64,000 nucleotides of DNA from Gekko japonicus (taxonomy: Eukaryota). The position numbers were made by a program, and so were the translations under genes. A model generated the notes under the pieces. It was not told the origin of the DNA, did not search any database, and saw only the letters and a program-made list of their open reading frames with translations. The stretch spans positions 274,787 to 338,786 of the forward strand of contig NW_015163605.1 of the NCBI RefSeq assembly GCF_001447785.1. The letters are read 5' to 3'. This document shows, piece after piece, positions 62,919 through 64,000 of the stretch (position 1 is its first letter; each line of letters starts with the position of its first letter).

Positions 62919-63257
62919 CCAAATCTATATATCTAATTCTGAAGTCGCCCCCTGGTGTGCGGATACCTAAATCCGTGCACCGGGGGGACCTGGAGGGGAG
63001 GGAGAGTTTTGTGCACATGTGGGGCGGTCCCCAGGTGTGCACAAAAATCTTAAAACTTTAAAAAACTATCGGGGGGATACTTAAATCCCCCCAAAAGTCA
63101 CAGAGCGTCCCCTGCGCATGTGCAGGGAACGCTCTGCGACCTCCCTCGCCGCCACCGCCGCTCGGGGAATGGGAGGAGGAGCTACTTCAGATATTACGGC
63201 CCTAAGAAATTTATAGTTTTAAATGTTATTACCAGCACTTTTATTTGGATCCAGAAA

Positions 63258-63921
63258 CACAATTTGGAATACTGTGTAAAGTTCTGGTCACCACACCTCA
63301 AAAGGGATTTTATAGCATTGAAAAAAGTGCAGAAAAGGGCAACAAGAATGATAAAAGTGTTGGAACACTTTCCCTATGAAGAAAGGTTAAAGTGCTTAGG
63401 GCTCTTTAGCTTGGAGAAACGACGACTAATGGGAGACATGATCAAGGTTTACAAGATTATCCAGGGGACAGAACAGGTAGAGAAAGAAGTACTTTTCTCC
63501 CTTTCTCACAATACAAGAAATTGTGGGTACTCGATGAAATTGCTGAGCAGTCGGGTAAGAACGGATAAAAGGAAGTACTTCTTCACCCAAAGAGTGATTA
63601 ACACATGGAATTCACTGCCACAGGAGGTGGCAGCGGCTACGAGCATGGCCGGCTTCAAGAGGGAATTAGATAAACATATGGAGCAGAGGTCGATCAGTGG
63701 CTATTAGCCACAAGGTATAGATAGGAACTCTTAGTCTGGGGCAAGTGATGCTCTGTATTCTTGGTCCTTGGGTGGGGGCAACAGTGGGAGGGCTCCTAGT
63801 GTCCTGGCCTCACTGCTGGACCTCCTGATGGCACCTGGCATTTTTGGCCACTGTGTGACAGAGTGTTGGATTGGCTTCTCTTATGTTCTCTTTGGCTTCT
63901 CTTATGTTCTCTTTTGTTCTT
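63258..63921 (+). mobile_element. 5'-truncated CR1 LINE: ORF2 C-terminus, 3'UTR and tail
   Basis: LEYCVKFWSPHLKRDFIALKKVQKRATRMIK...FFTQRVINTWNSLPQEV...ISGY* is typical CR1 ORF2; ends in cttatgttct repeats. Confidence 0.95.
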
Positions 63922-64000
63922 ACAATGGAAGGCAGTAAAGCTGTTAAAAAAACTGGAGCAATTTCTCTACCCTGTAGGTACACAGTAAGATTCTCATTGC

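Noticed and set aside
63120-63707. 195-aa ORF as a host gene
   Set aside because: It is the C-terminus of CR1 ORF2 read through from unrelated upstream sequence.

Overview
This is vertebrate (squamate, most likely gecko) genomic DNA, not prokaryotic. The window lies wholly inside RAPGEF4 (Epac2, a cAMP-activated Rap GEF) on the minus strand. Five coding exons splice in frame with GT-AG sites: 34249-34321, 32607-32671, 21824-21930, 13892-14013 and 9533-9716. These correspond to mammalian exons 5, 6, 8, 9 and 10 (numbering from memory) and encode the CNBD-A/DEP linker, the DEP domain and the start of the CNBD-B region. The rest is intron, densely filled with tRNA-SINEs (Squam3-like, Sauria), a 5S-rRNA-headed SINE, CR1/L2/RTE-BovB LINE fragments, Penelope-like termini, and hAT and PIF/Harbinger MITEs. 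There is a 618-nt N gap at 12043-12660. Main findings: (1) the 54-nt exon 7 orthologue is present but dead, with an in-frame TGA and a GT>AT donor loss, while exon 6 is 45 nt longer than in mammals; (2) a candidate alternative first coding exon (MILDLSSVCSLYK) sits in intron 6; (3) minimal hammerhead-ribozyme motifs occur, intact on the antisense strand but core-mutated in all four copies found on the pre-mRNA strand; (4) there are several precisely delimited nested transposons, including a ~1.95-kb CpG-rich hAT-like element in intron 9. Almost all supplied ORFs are spurious. All identifications are by eye and recall; no searches were run.
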